Below are positions 8,762 to 18,178 of a DNA stretch of 54,121 bases, piece by piece. A program made the translations under genes and the position numbers. Origin of the DNA: an uncultured Christensenella sp. (GTDB lineage: Bacteria > Bacillota > Clostridia > Christensenellales > Christensenellaceae); contig CAYXBW010000001.1 in NCBI GenBank assembly GCA_964463305.1, positions 1 to 54,121 of the forward strand, written 5' to 3'. A model generated the notes under the pieces. It was not told the DNA's origin. It did no database searches and saw only the letters and a program-made list of their open reading frames with translations. Each line of letters begins with the position of its first letter. The stretch's first letter is position 1.

Positions 8762-9643
8762 TCACAGACTGGCCCGCACTTCGCTTATGCGTGGTATAGA
8801 GCCTGCCGCGCCCTTGTTTGAAACCGTTATGGAGGACGCTTTTGCCGCCAGCTCCAGCATTGCGCCAACCGGCATGCCATCAGATATTCCAAAAACGAAA
8901 TAACCAAGGAAGGTGTCTCCGGCAGCCGTAGTGTCTACCGCCTTCACCTTGAATATATCCTGCTTATACGTTTCTTTGCCATCGTAATACATAGAGCCAT
9001 GCTCTCCCATTGTAAGCAGCACGCTTGCATTGGGGTATTTTTTTGCTATTTCGGGTATTATTGCGTCAAAATCCTCCGTACCGGAAAGCCGCGCGCCCTC
9101 TATTTCATTTATTATGAAATATTTCACCTTTTCAAGCGGCAGCGTAGCTATTATTTCGTCATAGGGCGAGGGGTTCAGCACTATGTCTATTCCCTTTTCA
9201 TAGGCGCTGTCCATAATATAGGGTATGTTGTTTATCTCGTTTTGCAGCACCAGCAGATCACCCTTGCCAAAATTTTTCAGCACAGAATCAATAAAATCCG
9301 TAGTAAGCATGCGGTTTGTGCCGCCATAAACTATTATGCAGTTCTGGCCGTTCTTATCTACCTGTATCACAGTATGCCCGCCCGGCGCATCCTGCTTTAC
9401 TATATAGTCTGTATTTATGCCCGCTTCCTTTAGCGTATCCAGAAGTATAGCGCCGTCCGTGCCCACACTGCCCGCGTGGTATATATCTACGCCCGCCTTT
9501 GCCATTGCCACACTCTGGTTTAGCCCCTTTCCGCCGCTGAAAACACCTCTGCCCTTAGCGGAGATAGTTTCCCCCGGCGTAACGAAATGGTCTACATCAT
9601 ATACATAATCAACATTGAGCGAACCAAAATTCAATACCTTCAT
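8762..9643 (-). CDS. rbsK: Ribokinase (PfkB family)
   Basis: GSLNVDYV, GGKGLNQSVA and DTTAAGDTFLGYF motifs. Confidence 0.85.
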   Translation of the reverse strand: MKVLNFGSLNVDYVYDVDHFVTPGETISAKGRGVFSGGKGLNQSVAMAKAGVDIYHAGSVGTDGAILLDTLKEAGINTDYIVKQDAPGGHTVIQVDKNGQNCIIVYGGTNRMLTTDFIDSVLKNFGKGDLLVLQNEINNIPYIMDSAYEKGIDIVLNPSPYDEIIATLPLEKVKYFIINEIEGARLSGTEDFDAIIPEIAKKYPNASVLLTMGEHGSMYYDGKETYKQDIFKVKAVDTTAAGDTFLGYFVFGISDGMPVGAMLELAAKASSITVSNKGAAGSIPRISEVRASL

Positions 9644-9745
9644 ATTTTATTGCCTCCTTATGCTGTTTTATAAAGCGCAAGCGCATCCATTTAAATTTTG
9701 CAAAGCTTCCTGACGCGTGTAATATGAAACGCGCTGTTTTGGAAA

Positions 9746-10507
9746 TCAAACGCTCAAAAGCTTGTTAAGAAAGGCGCGTATGCGCTCCTCCTTGGGGTTT
9801 ACCAGCAACTCCTCCGGCCTGCCCCGTTCCAATATCATCCCGTCATCCATAAATACCACATTCGTGGCCACTTCCTTGGCAAAGCCCATCTCATGCGTTA
9901 CTATAAGCATGGTCATGTGCTCCTTTGCCAGCTCCTTTATTACCTGCAGCACCTCGCCGGTAAGCTCCGGATCAAGCGCGGAGGTAGGCTCGTCAAAGCA
10001 GAGTATATCCGGATCCATCGCAAGCGCCCGCGCTATTGCCACACGCTGAGCCTGCCCTCCCGAAAGCTCGCAGGGGTACGCCTTTTCCTTTTCGGAAAGC
10101 CCCACCTTTTTGAGCAGCTCACGCGCTATACCGTCCGCCTCGGCCTGTGTTTTTTTATCCACGCCCATGGGCGCTATGGTTATGTTTTGCAGTACGTTGA
10201 GATGCGGAAAAAGATTAAAGTTTTGAAAAACCATGCCAAGGTGCAAACGCGCCGTTCTTAGCTCATCTTCCCTGAGGTATTCCGTAACGCCGTTTTTTTC
10301 CTCCGCTATGCTTATTCCGTCCAGCACTATATTGCCCTTTTGCGCGCGCTCAAGGCAGTTTATGCAGCGCAGCAAAGTGGATTTGCCACTTCCGGACGGG
10401 CCTATTATAGCCGTTACCTCACCCTTTTCCACACAAAGGTTAACATCTTTCAAAACTGTATTCTCGCCAAAGCTTTTATACAAATGGCTAACTTCCAGCA
10501 TATTCAT
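9746..10507 (-). CDS. Polar amino-acid ABC transporter, ATP-binding protein
   Basis: Walker [10 protein letters not shown], signature LSGGQAQRV and Walker [14 protein letters not shown] moved the start to the ATG at 10507, downstream of AGGTGGGA; the track ORF begins at a GTG at 10516. Confidence 0.9.
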   Translation of the reverse strand: MNMLEVSHLYKSFGENTVLKDVNLCVEKGEVTAIIGPSGSGKSTLLRCINCLERAQKGNIVLDGISIAEEKNGVTEYLREDELRTARLHLGMVFQNFNLFPHLNVLQNITIAPMGVDKKTQAEADGIARELLKKVGLSEKEKAYPCELSGGQAQRVAIARALAMDPDILCFDEPTSALDPELTGEVLQVIKELAKEHMTMLIVTHEMGFAKEVATNVVFMDDGMILERGRPEELLVNPKEERIRAFLNKLLSV

Positions 10508-10516
10508 AAATCCCAC

Positions 10517-11161
10517 CTATATCCTGTAATAGTCTACGCGCTTCTCTATCTTCTTCAAAACAAGTGTAACAACGCCGTTTATAGCCAGATAGAACAACGC
10601 CGCCACAAAGAGCGGAAGCACGGAAGCCTCCCTTGAAGAAGCGGAGAAAGCTATCTTCAGCAAATCTCCCAACGCTATTATATAAACCAGCGCCGTATCC
10701 TTAACCAGCGTTATTACCTCGTTCCCAAGCGACGGCATAACGATCTTGAATACCTGCGGAATCACTATTTTTCGCATTGTCATACCCTTTGTGAAGCCCA
10801 GCACGGAGGCGGCCTCATACTGCCCCCGGTTTATAGACTGTATTCCGCCGCGGAATATTTCGCTGAAATAGGCAGTATAGTTTAGCACGAAGGACAGCAG
10901 CGCAGATTCAAAGCGGCCTATCTTCACGCCAAGCAGCCCCAGACCGAAGTATAAAAACAGCACCTGCAAAATAAGCGGAGTGCCGCGCATCACCACCAAA
11001 TAAATATTGTATATGAATTTTACCGGTTTTATTTTTGTGAGGCTCAGCTGCGAGCCCAAAAAGCCAAGCGGTATAGAAAGCAGCAGCGTAAGCGCAAAAA
11101 GCGAAAGCGTTACGCCCAGCCCCTGCCCCAGCTCAGAAAACAACCCCAAAAATTTATCCAT
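10517..11161 (-). CDS. Polar amino-acid ABC transporter permease
   Basis: HisM/GlnP-type permease with an EAA-like loop (QYEAASVLGFTKGMTMRKIVIPQ). GAGGGGA RBS. Confidence 0.9.
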   Translation of the reverse strand: MDKFLGLFSELGQGLGVTLSLFALTLLLSIPLGFLGSQLSLTKIKPVKFIYNIYLVVMRGTPLILQVLFLYFGLGLLGVKIGRFESALLSFVLNYTAYFSEIFRGGIQSINRGQYEAASVLGFTKGMTMRKIVIPQVFKIVMPSLGNEVITLVKDTALVYIIALGDLLKIAFSASSREASVLPLFVAALFYLAINGVVTLVLKKIEKRVDYYRI

Positions 11162-11402
11162 CAGAATATCCCCTCATACTTTTTCCAAAATGACCCTAAA
11201 TGCGCCGTACCCTCAAAAAGAAAGCCACATAACTTTAAGAACTGCACTGAGCGAAAGCTCAGATCAACACATAAAATGATCCATTTGGAATACTGCATAC
11301 TTACAGTGCCGCTTTGCAGTGCTTCTCACGCTTCAAGATACGCATTTTTATTATGAAGCGTCATAAGGCCGCACAGGCTACATGATCAAAAGTGTACCAA
11401 AC

Positions 11403-11444
11403 AAAAACGGACAGTATAAATATAGCATACTGTCCGGTTTTTTT
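11403..11444. terminator. Strong bidirectional hairpin after the substrate-binding protein gene; possible intra-operon attenuator
   Basis: CGGACAGTAT-loop-ATACTGTCCG, a 10-bp stem flanked by an A-run and T-run. Confidence 0.7.
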
Positions 11445-11461
11445 AAACAGTTATTGCGAAA

Positions 11462-12382
11462 TCAGGCGGTAACATCCCTGCCGAACCATTTGTTGCTTAC
11501 CTCGGCGGCTGAACCGTCCTGTTTCATTGCCTCAAAGGCTGCCGCAACGGCATCGTGGAAAGCCTGCTCACCCTTGCGGAAGCCTATGCCATACTGCTCA
11601 GGCGCCAGCGTCTCCTCCAGCATAACATACTGCCCCGGCTTTTTCGCCATGTAGTAGTCTGCAACCACAAGGTCTACACCCAGCGCGTCCACACGTCCGG
11701 AATCCACGTCCATAAGCGCGGTAACATAATCCTTAAAAGCCACAACCTCACCTATAGTTACCATAAGCTCAACATCGTCATTTATAACACCCTGTGCGGA
11801 AGAACCCTCCTGTACGGCAACTATCTTGCCGTCCATATCATCCAGCGTCTTTATGGGAGAATCGGCTTTAACCAATATCACCTGCTTGTTTTCCATGTAC
11901 GGCTCGCTCATAAGCACCTTTTCCTTGCGCTCGTCCGTTATTGTGTAGCCGTTCCATATGAGGTCTATGTTTCCCGTCTCAAGCTCCAGCTCCTTAGCGC
12001 TCCAATCTATGGGCATAAGCTCCACCTCAACGCCCATATGCTCCGCTACGGCGCGCGCCATGTCTATATCAAAGCCTACCAGCTCGCCCTTATCGTCGCG
12101 GAATCCCATGGGAGGAAAGCTGTCATCCAGACCCATTATAAAAAATCCCTTATCCTGTATTTTTTTGAACGAATCGTCCGCAGCCGCGCTTGCAGCTTCA
12201 CTTGCCGCGGGAGCTTCACTTACGGGCGCGCTTGCAGCGGGAGCCTCGCTAACAGCTGCAGATGCCGCAGGAGCTTCACTGGCAGCCTGCGTTTCCGCCG
12301 GCGCCGCAGGAGCCTGTGCGCAGCCAGCAAGTACTGCAAAGCTAATAAGCGCTATCATCAAAACAACAAGTATCCTCTTCAT
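11462..12382 (-). CDS. Amino-acid ABC transporter substrate-binding lipoprotein
   Basis: Signal peptide plus lipobox (LAGC), followed by a Ser/Ala/Pro repeat linker (SEAPAAS x3) and a family-3 SBP domain. The start is set at ATG 12382, downstream of AAAGGGGAA; the track start at 12406 is a TTG. Confidence 0.85.
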   Translation of the reverse strand: MKRILVVLMIALISFAVLAGCAQAPAAPAETQAASEAPAASAAVSEAPAASAPVSEAPAASEAASAAADDSFKKIQDKGFFIMGLDDSFPPMGFRDDKGELVGFDIDMARAVAEHMGVEVELMPIDWSAKELELETGNIDLIWNGYTITDERKEKVLMSEPYMENKQVILVKADSPIKTLDDMDGKIVAVQEGSSAQGVINDDVELMVTIGEVVAFKDYVTALMDVDSGRVDALGVDLVVADYYMAKKPGQYVMLEETLAPEQYGIGFRKGEQAFHDAVAAAFEAMKQDGSAAEVSNKWFGRDVTA

Positions 12383-12626
12383 TTTACATTCCCCTTTATG
12401 TATCAAAATTATTTATACCAATCTCATATAAAAACATTAGATGCCCAAGGGCATACTCTCTCCCGCCAAAGGCGGAATTCACCTCATGTTTTTTGTAGTG
12501 CAAAGCACGTATAAGATGGCATGAGACTATTTTTGCGCCGTTTGGCGCAGAACATGAGCCGCGCAAAGCGAGGCACCATCAAATTAAAAGCATTGTTTTT
12601 AATTTGATATAAGTATTACGTTTAGT

Positions 12627-12655
12627 ATTATAGTTTATCGCGCTAAAATAGTAAA
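12627..12655 (-). promoter_or_regulatory. Sigma-70-type promoter candidate for the ABC transporter operon
   Basis: The minus strand reads TTTACT-17 nt-TATAAT. It would give a leader of about 240 nt. Confidence 0.4.
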
Positions 12656-12798
12656 GTGTTTTTGCGTTAAAGCAGTGTATGTAATATATGATATAAGCAT
12701 ATAAAATGTGTATATTTAGCAAGTTATATATTATAAATTATGCAAAGCAAAGATATTCGAGGCGGTAAGTCACACCCTAACGAAAGGGGGTGGCGCTT

Positions 12799-12864
12799 AT
12801 GGAATATTTGATTATTCTTGCGGTAATCTTAATTGCTCTGTATAAGCTCCAGCAAAAGGAATAG
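12799..12864 (+). CDS. Candidate 21-aa hydrophobic small protein (MEYLIILAVILIALYKLQQKE)
   Basis: ATG preceded by AAAGGGGGTG (SD) at 8 nt. The stop is immediately followed by hairpin 12863-12884. Too short for the ORF track. Confidence 0.3.
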   Translation: MEYLIILAVILIALYKLQQKE

Positions 12865-12884
12865 CCGCCCCAGGCCGGGCGGCT
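12863..12884. terminator. Bidirectional terminator hairpin shared by dnaJ and the small ORF
   Basis: AGCCGCCC-caggcc-GGGCGGCT. T-rich tracts follow on both strands. Confidence 0.65.
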
Positions 12885-12963
12885 ATTGATTTGATTATTT
12901 TCCAGCCGGGCTGACCGTTTCCATCATATCCCTGCTTTTATTATATCCCAAAGTCAAAAAGCT

Positions 12964-14067
12964 CTAAAACGCGTCCTTGGGCTTTGTAAATTCATTTGCC
13001 GAGAGCTTGGCCTTCGCCGCAAATTCCGCAAGCAGCTTCTTTTGCTTTTCATTCATGCGCTTTGGTATATCCACGTTTGCCCGCACATAAAGATCACCCA
13101 TGCGCGTGCTGTTAAGATTTTTTATACCCTTGCCCTTAAGGCGGAACACCGTACCCGGCTGCGTGCCCTCCGGTATCTTGTAGCGCACCTTGCCATCCAG
13201 CGTGGGCACCTCTATCTCCTCGCCCAGCGCTGCCTGCACCATATTTATGGAAAGATCGAGATACAGGTCGTACCCCAAACGCTCAAAGAGCTTGTCTGGC
13301 TTTACGGCTATGTATATTTGCAGATCTCCCGCAGGACCGCCGCGTCTGCCCGCGTTGCCCTCGCCGCGCATGGTGATCACCTGCCCGTTATCTATACCCG
13401 CCGGTATGTTCACGGCTATGCTGCGCTGCTTTGCGGTTGATCCCGCGCCCTTGCAGGCAGCGCATGGCTCATCCGCAATGCTGCCCTCTCCACCGCAGGT
13501 GCTGCAGGTCTGCACGTTTACAAAATTGCCGAATATAGACTGCTGCGAAACGCGTTCCTGCCCGCTGCCGTTGCAGGTGGGGCAAGTGTGCTTCTTGCCG
13601 TCCTTCGCGCCCGTGCCGCCGCATTCGCCGCAAGCCTCGGTTCTGTTTAGGGATATTTCCTTTTTAACGCCAAAGGCCGCTTCCTCAAACGTTATTTTCA
13701 TATTTACGCGTATATCCGGCCCCTTTTGCGGACCCGCCGGACGGCTGCGCATTCCCCCGCCGAATATGTTTTCAAATATATCGCCAAAGCCGCCAAAGCC
13801 CTCAAAACCCTGTCCGCCGAAGCCGCCGCCAAAGCCACCCTGACCAGCGCCGTCCGCGCTGCCAAAGGTATCATACTGCTGACGCTTCTGATCGTCAGAG
13901 AGCACCTGATAGGCCTCGTTTATTTCTTTAAATTTTTGCGCGGCGCCGTCATCACCCTTGTTCATATCCGGATGATACTGCTTTGCCAGCTTTCTGTACG
14001 CGCTCTTTATCTCTTCCGCGCTGGCGCTCTTTTCTACGCCCAGCGTTTCATATAAATCCTTTGCCAA
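12964..14067 (-). CDS. dnaJ: Chaperone DnaJ
   Basis: J-domain HPD motif, G/F-rich region and four CxxCxGxG zinc-finger repeats. TTG start after AGAGGGG. Confidence 0.95.
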   Translation of the reverse strand: MAKDLYETLGVEKSASAEEIKSAYRKLAKQYHPDMNKGDDGAAQKFKEINEAYQVLSDDQKRQQYDTFGSADGAGQGGFGGGFGGQGFEGFGGFGDIFENIFGGGMRSRPAGPQKGPDIRVNMKITFEEAAFGVKKEISLNRTEACGECGGTGAKDGKKHTCPTCNGSGQERVSQQSIFGNFVNVQTCSTCGGEGSIADEPCAACKGAGSTAKQRSIAVNIPAGIDNGQVITMRGEGNAGRRGGPAGDLQIYIAVKPDKLFERLGYDLYLDLSINMVQAALGEEIEVPTLDGKVRYKIPEGTQPGTVFRLKGKGIKNLNSTRMGDLYVRANVDIPKRMNEKQKKLLAEFAAKAKLSANEFTKPKDAF

Positions 14068-14290
14068 TGTGTATCTGCCCCTCTATACCCAATCATACCA
14101 ATTCCACGCTTTTATGCGCGGAACGGCATAAGACTTGTTTTGCGCCATTTTTATGAAGCGTGAGTTTCCCTTTATAAAATCACGCCATCAAAGAAAACAA
14201 CGTCTTCTTTGCTGTAATATTACGCGACCGAAGCCAAAGCTGAAAAATCAGCTCCGGCTCCTATCGCAGTTTATTTTCTTTACGCGGATA

Positions 14291-16159
14291 TTATTTCTTA
14301 TCCTCGTCCTTCTTGTCCTCGTCCACAACCTCATAGTCTGCGTCTACCACGTTGTCATCCTGCTTTGCGCCGCCTGTGGGGTCTTGACCGGGGTCAAAGC
14401 CCGGGCCGCCCGCCGCGTTCGCGTCCGCCTGCTGCTGGTATACCTTGCCAAAGGTGTCAAACGAAAGCTTCTGCAGGTCGTCTGTGGCGGTTTTCACCTT
14501 ATCCATATCCGTACCCTTTAGCTCTTCCTTAACCTTTTCCATGGCCTCTTCCAGCTTCTTTTTCTCGTCTGCGGAAATCTTGTCACCCAGATCCTTTATT
14601 GCCTTTTCCGTCTGATAAACGAGGGCATCCGCGTTGTTGCGTATCTCAACTTCCTGCTTGCGGTTCTTATCTTCCTCCGCAAACTTCTCGGCCTCCTTCA
14701 CAGCCTTGTCTATATCGTCGTCGGAAAGGTTTGTGGAAGCCGTTATGGTGATATTCTGCACGTTGCCCGTACCCATATCCTTTGCGGAAACGTGCACTAT
14801 GCCGTTGGCGTCTATATCAAACGTAACCTCAACCTGCGGTACTCCGCGCGGCGCGGGAGCTATTCCCGTGAGGTTGAACCTGCCCAGCGTCTTGTTGTAG
14901 GCCGCCATTTCGCGTTCGCCCTGCAATACGTGTATTTCCACACTTGTCTGCCCGTCTGAAGCCGTAGAGAATATCTGGCTCTTCTTGGCGGGTATGGTGG
15001 TGTTTCTGTCTATGAGCTTTGTGAACACGCCGCCCATTGTCTCTATGCCAAGCGAAAGCGGTGTAACGTCCAAAAGCAGCACGTCCTTTACCTCGCCGCC
15101 CAGCACGCCTGCCTGTATGGCCGCGCCCATGGCAACCGCCTCGTCCGGGTTTATGCCCTTGAAAGGCTCCTTGCCGGCTATGCGCTTAACCATATCCTGC
15201 ACGGCAGGTATGCGTGAAGAACCGCCCACCAGTATAACCTTGTCTATATCGCTGTTGGCAATGCCCGCGTCCTTTATTGCGCTCACCATGGGGCCTTCCG
15301 TTTTGGAAACGAGGTCTGCCGTCAGCTCATCAAACTTGGCGCGTGAAAGCGTAAGGTCAAGATGCTGCGGTCCGTTTGCGTCCGCCGTTATAAATGGCAG
15401 ATTTATGTTTGACTGCATAACGCCGGAAAGCTCTATCTTTGCCTTTTCAGCCGCTTCCTTGAGGCGCTGCATGGCAATTTTGTCCTTTGAAAGATCCACG
15501 CTGTTGCTCTTTTTGAACTCAGCTACCATCCACTCCACTATTTTATCATCAAAATCATCGCCGCCCAGGCGGTTGTTTCCGCTTGTGGCCATAACCTCTA
15601 TAACGCCGTCACCTATCTCCAGCAGCGAAACGTCAAATGTACCGCCGCCCAGGTCAAATACCAGTATTTTTTGGTTGTTGTCCTTTTCCATGCCGTAGGC
15701 AAGCGCAGCCGCCGTAGGCTCGTTTACAATACGCAGAACCTCAAGGCCGGCTATTTTGCCCGCATCCTTGGTGGCCTGCCTCTGTGAATCACTGAAATAA
15801 GCCGGAACGGTGATAACCGCCTGAGTAACCGTTTCGCCCAGATATGCTTCTGCGTCCGCACGCAGCTTCTGCAGCGTCATTGCGGATATCTCCTGCGGCG
15901 TGTAGCTTTTATCGTCTATTTTTATTTTCCTGTCCGTACCCATATCACGCTTTATAGAGCTTATTGTGTGATCAGGATTTGTAACCGCCTGGCGCTTGGC
16001 CACCTGCCCTACCAGCCTCTCGCCCGTGTTTGAAAAAGCCACAACGGACGGCGTTGTTCTGGCACCCTCCGCATTGGGGATAACAACGGCCTCGCCGCCC
16101 TCCATTACCGCAACGCAAGAATTTGTAGTACCTAAGTCTATACCTATCACTTTACCCAT
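14291..16159 (-). CDS. dnaK: Chaperone DnaK (Hsp70)
   Basis: [17 protein letters not shown] and the rest of the sequence is full-length Hsp70. Confidence 0.97.
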   Translation of the reverse strand: MGKVIGIDLGTTNSCVAVMEGGEAVVIPNAEGARTTPSVVAFSNTGERLVGQVAKRQAVTNPDHTISSIKRDMGTDRKIKIDDKSYTPQEISAMTLQKLRADAEAYLGETVTQAVITVPAYFSDSQRQATKDAGKIAGLEVLRIVNEPTAAALAYGMEKDNNQKILVFDLGGGTFDVSLLEIGDGVIEVMATSGNNRLGGDDFDDKIVEWMVAEFKKSNSVDLSKDKIAMQRLKEAAEKAKIELSGVMQSNINLPFITADANGPQHLDLTLSRAKFDELTADLVSKTEGPMVSAIKDAGIANSDIDKVILVGGSSRIPAVQDMVKRIAGKEPFKGINPDEAVAMGAAIQAGVLGGEVKDVLLLDVTPLSLGIETMGGVFTKLIDRNTTIPAKKSQIFSTASDGQTSVEIHVLQGEREMAAYNKTLGRFNLTGIAPAPRGVPQVEVTFDIDANGIVHVSAKDMGTGNVQNITITASTNLSDDDIDKAVKEAEKFAEEDKNRKQEVEIRNNADALVYQTEKAIKDLGDKISADEKKKLEEAMEKVKEELKGTDMDKVKTATDDLQKLSFDTFGKVYQQQADANAAGGPGFDPGQDPTGGAKQDDNVVDADYEVVDEDKKDEDKK

Positions 16160-16207
16160 ATATCAAATGCCTCCTAAAAATATTTAATCCTTTGTTTATA
16201 TTTAATA

Positions 16208-16819
16208 TTATTTATTCACTTTAACCATAGCATGGCGCAATATCTTATCCTTCAGCATATAGCCGTTTTGCATAGTTTCCACTATCTGGTTTGGCTCAAA
16301 GCCTTCCTCATCAACCTGCATAACAGCGTTGTGGAATTCGGGATTGAATTGACCATCCGTATCTATTTTTTCAACGCCCAGCTCTGAAAGAACGCCTTCA
16401 AGCTGGCGCATTATCATCTTCATACCATCCAAAAATGCCGCATCTGCACATTCGGCCGCCAGCGCACGCTCAAAGTTATCCAGCACGGGCAGTATTTCCG
16501 CTGCCGTATCCGCAACTCCGTTTTTATAAGAGTTTGAAGAAAGCTCTGCATTGCGCTTTTTATAGTTTTCAAAATCCGCGCGCTCTCTTATAAGTGCGTT
16601 TTTAAAATCCTCTTTTTCTTCTTCCAGCTTTATCAGCGCCGCGTTCACATCCGCAGCATCTGCCGTTTTTTTACTAGCCTCAGGCTCGTTTATATCGTCA
16701 CCTGCAGCATCTGCCGCCGCTTCCGTTTCCTCTGTCACCGCCGCAGCCTCATCCGCAACCTTATTTTGCTTTGCAGCCTCAGCCGCTCTCTCGTTTTTTT
16801 TATCTGTTTTCTTTGCCAA
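16208..16819 (-). CDS. grpE: Nucleotide exchange factor GrpE
   Basis: Conserved GrpE C-terminal domain and its position between hrcA and dnaK. Confidence 0.95.
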   Translation of the reverse strand: MAKKTDKKNERAAEAAKQNKVADEAAAVTEETEAAADAAGDDINEPEASKKTADAADVNAALIKLEEEKEDFKNALIRERADFENYKKRNAELSSNSYKNGVADTAAEILPVLDNFERALAAECADAAFLDGMKMIMRQLEGVLSELGVEKIDTDGQFNPEFHNAVMQVDEEGFEPNQIVETMQNGYMLKDKILRHAMVKVNK

Positions 16820-16890
16820 GCCACTTCACCTTGCTTTCGTAATACTTATTATACCCTGCCATATTCCGCTCTTAAAAAATGACGCATACC

Positions 16891-17934
16891 TCACTTTTCA
16901 GGCTTGCTGTCAGATTCTAAAAAGCAGGACAGTATTTCATTTATGCTCATCCCTACATAATTCAGTATTGCCAGCACCCGCGAATAATCCATACGCGTTG
17001 GCCCCAGCACACCAAAAGATCCTATATTCTTTCCCCCCACCTTATAGGTGGCGGTTATAACGCTCATATCATTAAAATCGTCATTGTCGTTTTCTTTGCC
17101 TATCTTCAGTGAAAACTCAAAATCTGCGGAGTTGTCAAGCAGAGCGTACAGGCTGTCCTTCGTGTCCAGCAGCTCCAAAAAATGCTGAGCCTTTTCCACA
17201 TTTTTGTATTCGGGGTATTTCAAAATATTCTGCGTACCCTCAAGTATCATCTCCCGCTTTGCCCTGTTTATGTTTATTGCCTCAAATACCTGAGCAAAAA
17301 CCGCCTGCTGCTCGCTGAGAGAATTTTGCGCTATATCTTCTATTATCTCCGCCGCATCCATGGGCGATCTTCCAAACACCGCAGAGGTTATCATATTTGA
17401 CAGCTTTTCCATGTGCCCGCCGTCCAGCATTGCGGGTATAGTTATCACAGTGTCGTTCACCAGCCCGCTGTCTGTAACTATTATCAGCATGGCCTTTGTA
17501 TCGGTTATTTTTACAAGCTGCACCCGCGCTATTGCCGTTTTATCCATCTGCGGACCTGAAACCATGGCTATGCTGTTCGTTGTGTCAGAAAGCACCTTTG
17601 CAGCCGTATCAAGCACCTGCGAAACCTCGCTCACGCGCTTGTTGAAATAAGTCTTTATAAACTGCGTGTCCTGATCTGTCAGCACACCTATCTGTATTAG
17701 CCTGTCCACATAAAGGCGATATGCCAGATCACTTGGCGTTCTTCCCGCTGAGGTGTGTGGCTTGTCAAGAAAACCCATGTCCTCAAGATCGGCCATTTCG
17801 TTTCTTATGGTGGCGGAGCTATATGTTATGTACGGCTTCTTGGAAATGGTACGCGAACCAACCGGTATACCGGTGTCTATATAATCATCTATTATAGCCT
17901 TGAGTATGCTAAGTTTTCTGTCCGACAGTTCCAT
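16891..17934 (-). CDS. hrcA: Heat-inducible transcription repressor HrcA
   Basis: LSDRKLSILKAIIDDYIDTGIPVGSRTI winged-helix N-terminus, operon context and CIRCE upstream. Confidence 0.95.
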   Translation of the reverse strand: MELSDRKLSILKAIIDDYIDTGIPVGSRTISKKPYITYSSATIRNEMADLEDMGFLDKPHTSAGRTPSDLAYRLYVDRLIQIGVLTDQDTQFIKTYFNKRVSEVSQVLDTAAKVLSDTTNSIAMVSGPQMDKTAIARVQLVKITDTKAMLIIVTDSGLVNDTVITIPAMLDGGHMEKLSNMITSAVFGRSPMDAAEIIEDIAQNSLSEQQAVFAQVFEAININRAKREMILEGTQNILKYPEYKNVEKAQHFLELLDTKDSLYALLDNSADFEFSLKIGKENDNDDFNDMSVITATYKVGGKNIGSFGVLGPTRMDYSRVLAILNYVGMSINEILSCFLESDSKPEK

Positions 17935-18043
17935 CTCAAATAAGCCAGCTTCCCTTTCTCATTTTTGTGCCTCAAAACCGCACTGCTGCGCGAATATGCC
18001 CGCCAAGCTCATACTGCCATCTGCGGCGCGCTATCGCAGCTTG

Positions 18044-18070
18044 TTAGCACTCTACACAAACGAGTGCTAA
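18044..18070 (-). promoter_or_regulatory. CIRCE operator (HrcA binding site)
   Basis: Perfect match TTAGCACTC-N9-GAGTGCTAA. Confidence 0.9.
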
Positions 18071-18081
18071 ACTATGGTTAT

Positions 18082-18110
18082 AAGATACCACCACAGCCGT
18101 ACAATGTCAA
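18082..18110 (-). promoter_or_regulatory. Sigma-70-type promoter candidate for the hrcA operon
   Basis: The minus strand reads TTGACA-17 nt-TATCTT, placed 11 nt upstream of CIRCE. Confidence 0.55.
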
Positions 18111-18178
18111 TATATATTCATTGTTTGTTAACAGGTTATGTCAATTATATGCGAAAAATTTTCATTGTAATATTGCTA

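Noticed and set aside
11555-12514. Long plus-strand ORFs antisense to well-supported minus-strand genes. Examples are 11555-12514, 19251-20018, 38752-39843, 39138-40187, 41538-42500, 14985-15698 and 13190-13843.
   Set aside because: Each lies fully inside, and antisense to, a gene with unmistakable family motifs (SBP, lepA, engB/lon, lon, clpX, dnaK, dnaJ). Their translations are low-complexity or biased (Ser/Leu/Arg-rich) with no recognisable motifs or RBS. They are shadow ORFs.
12521-12607. A 28-codon highly basic plus-strand ORF (MRLFLRRLAQNMSRAKRGTIKLKALFLI) in the dnaJ-ABC gap.
   Set aside because: It has no SD upstream, and it overlaps the hairpin-rich leader of the opposite-strand operon. 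It is most likely fortuitous.
12383-12632. A T-box or known amino-acid riboswitch upstream of the ABC transporter.
   Set aside because: There is no T-box sequence (AANNNGGGTGGNACCGCG), no specifier-loop/AGAGA architecture, and no match to the glutamine, lysine, glycine or SAM cores that I can recall. It is kept only as an unclassified structured leader.
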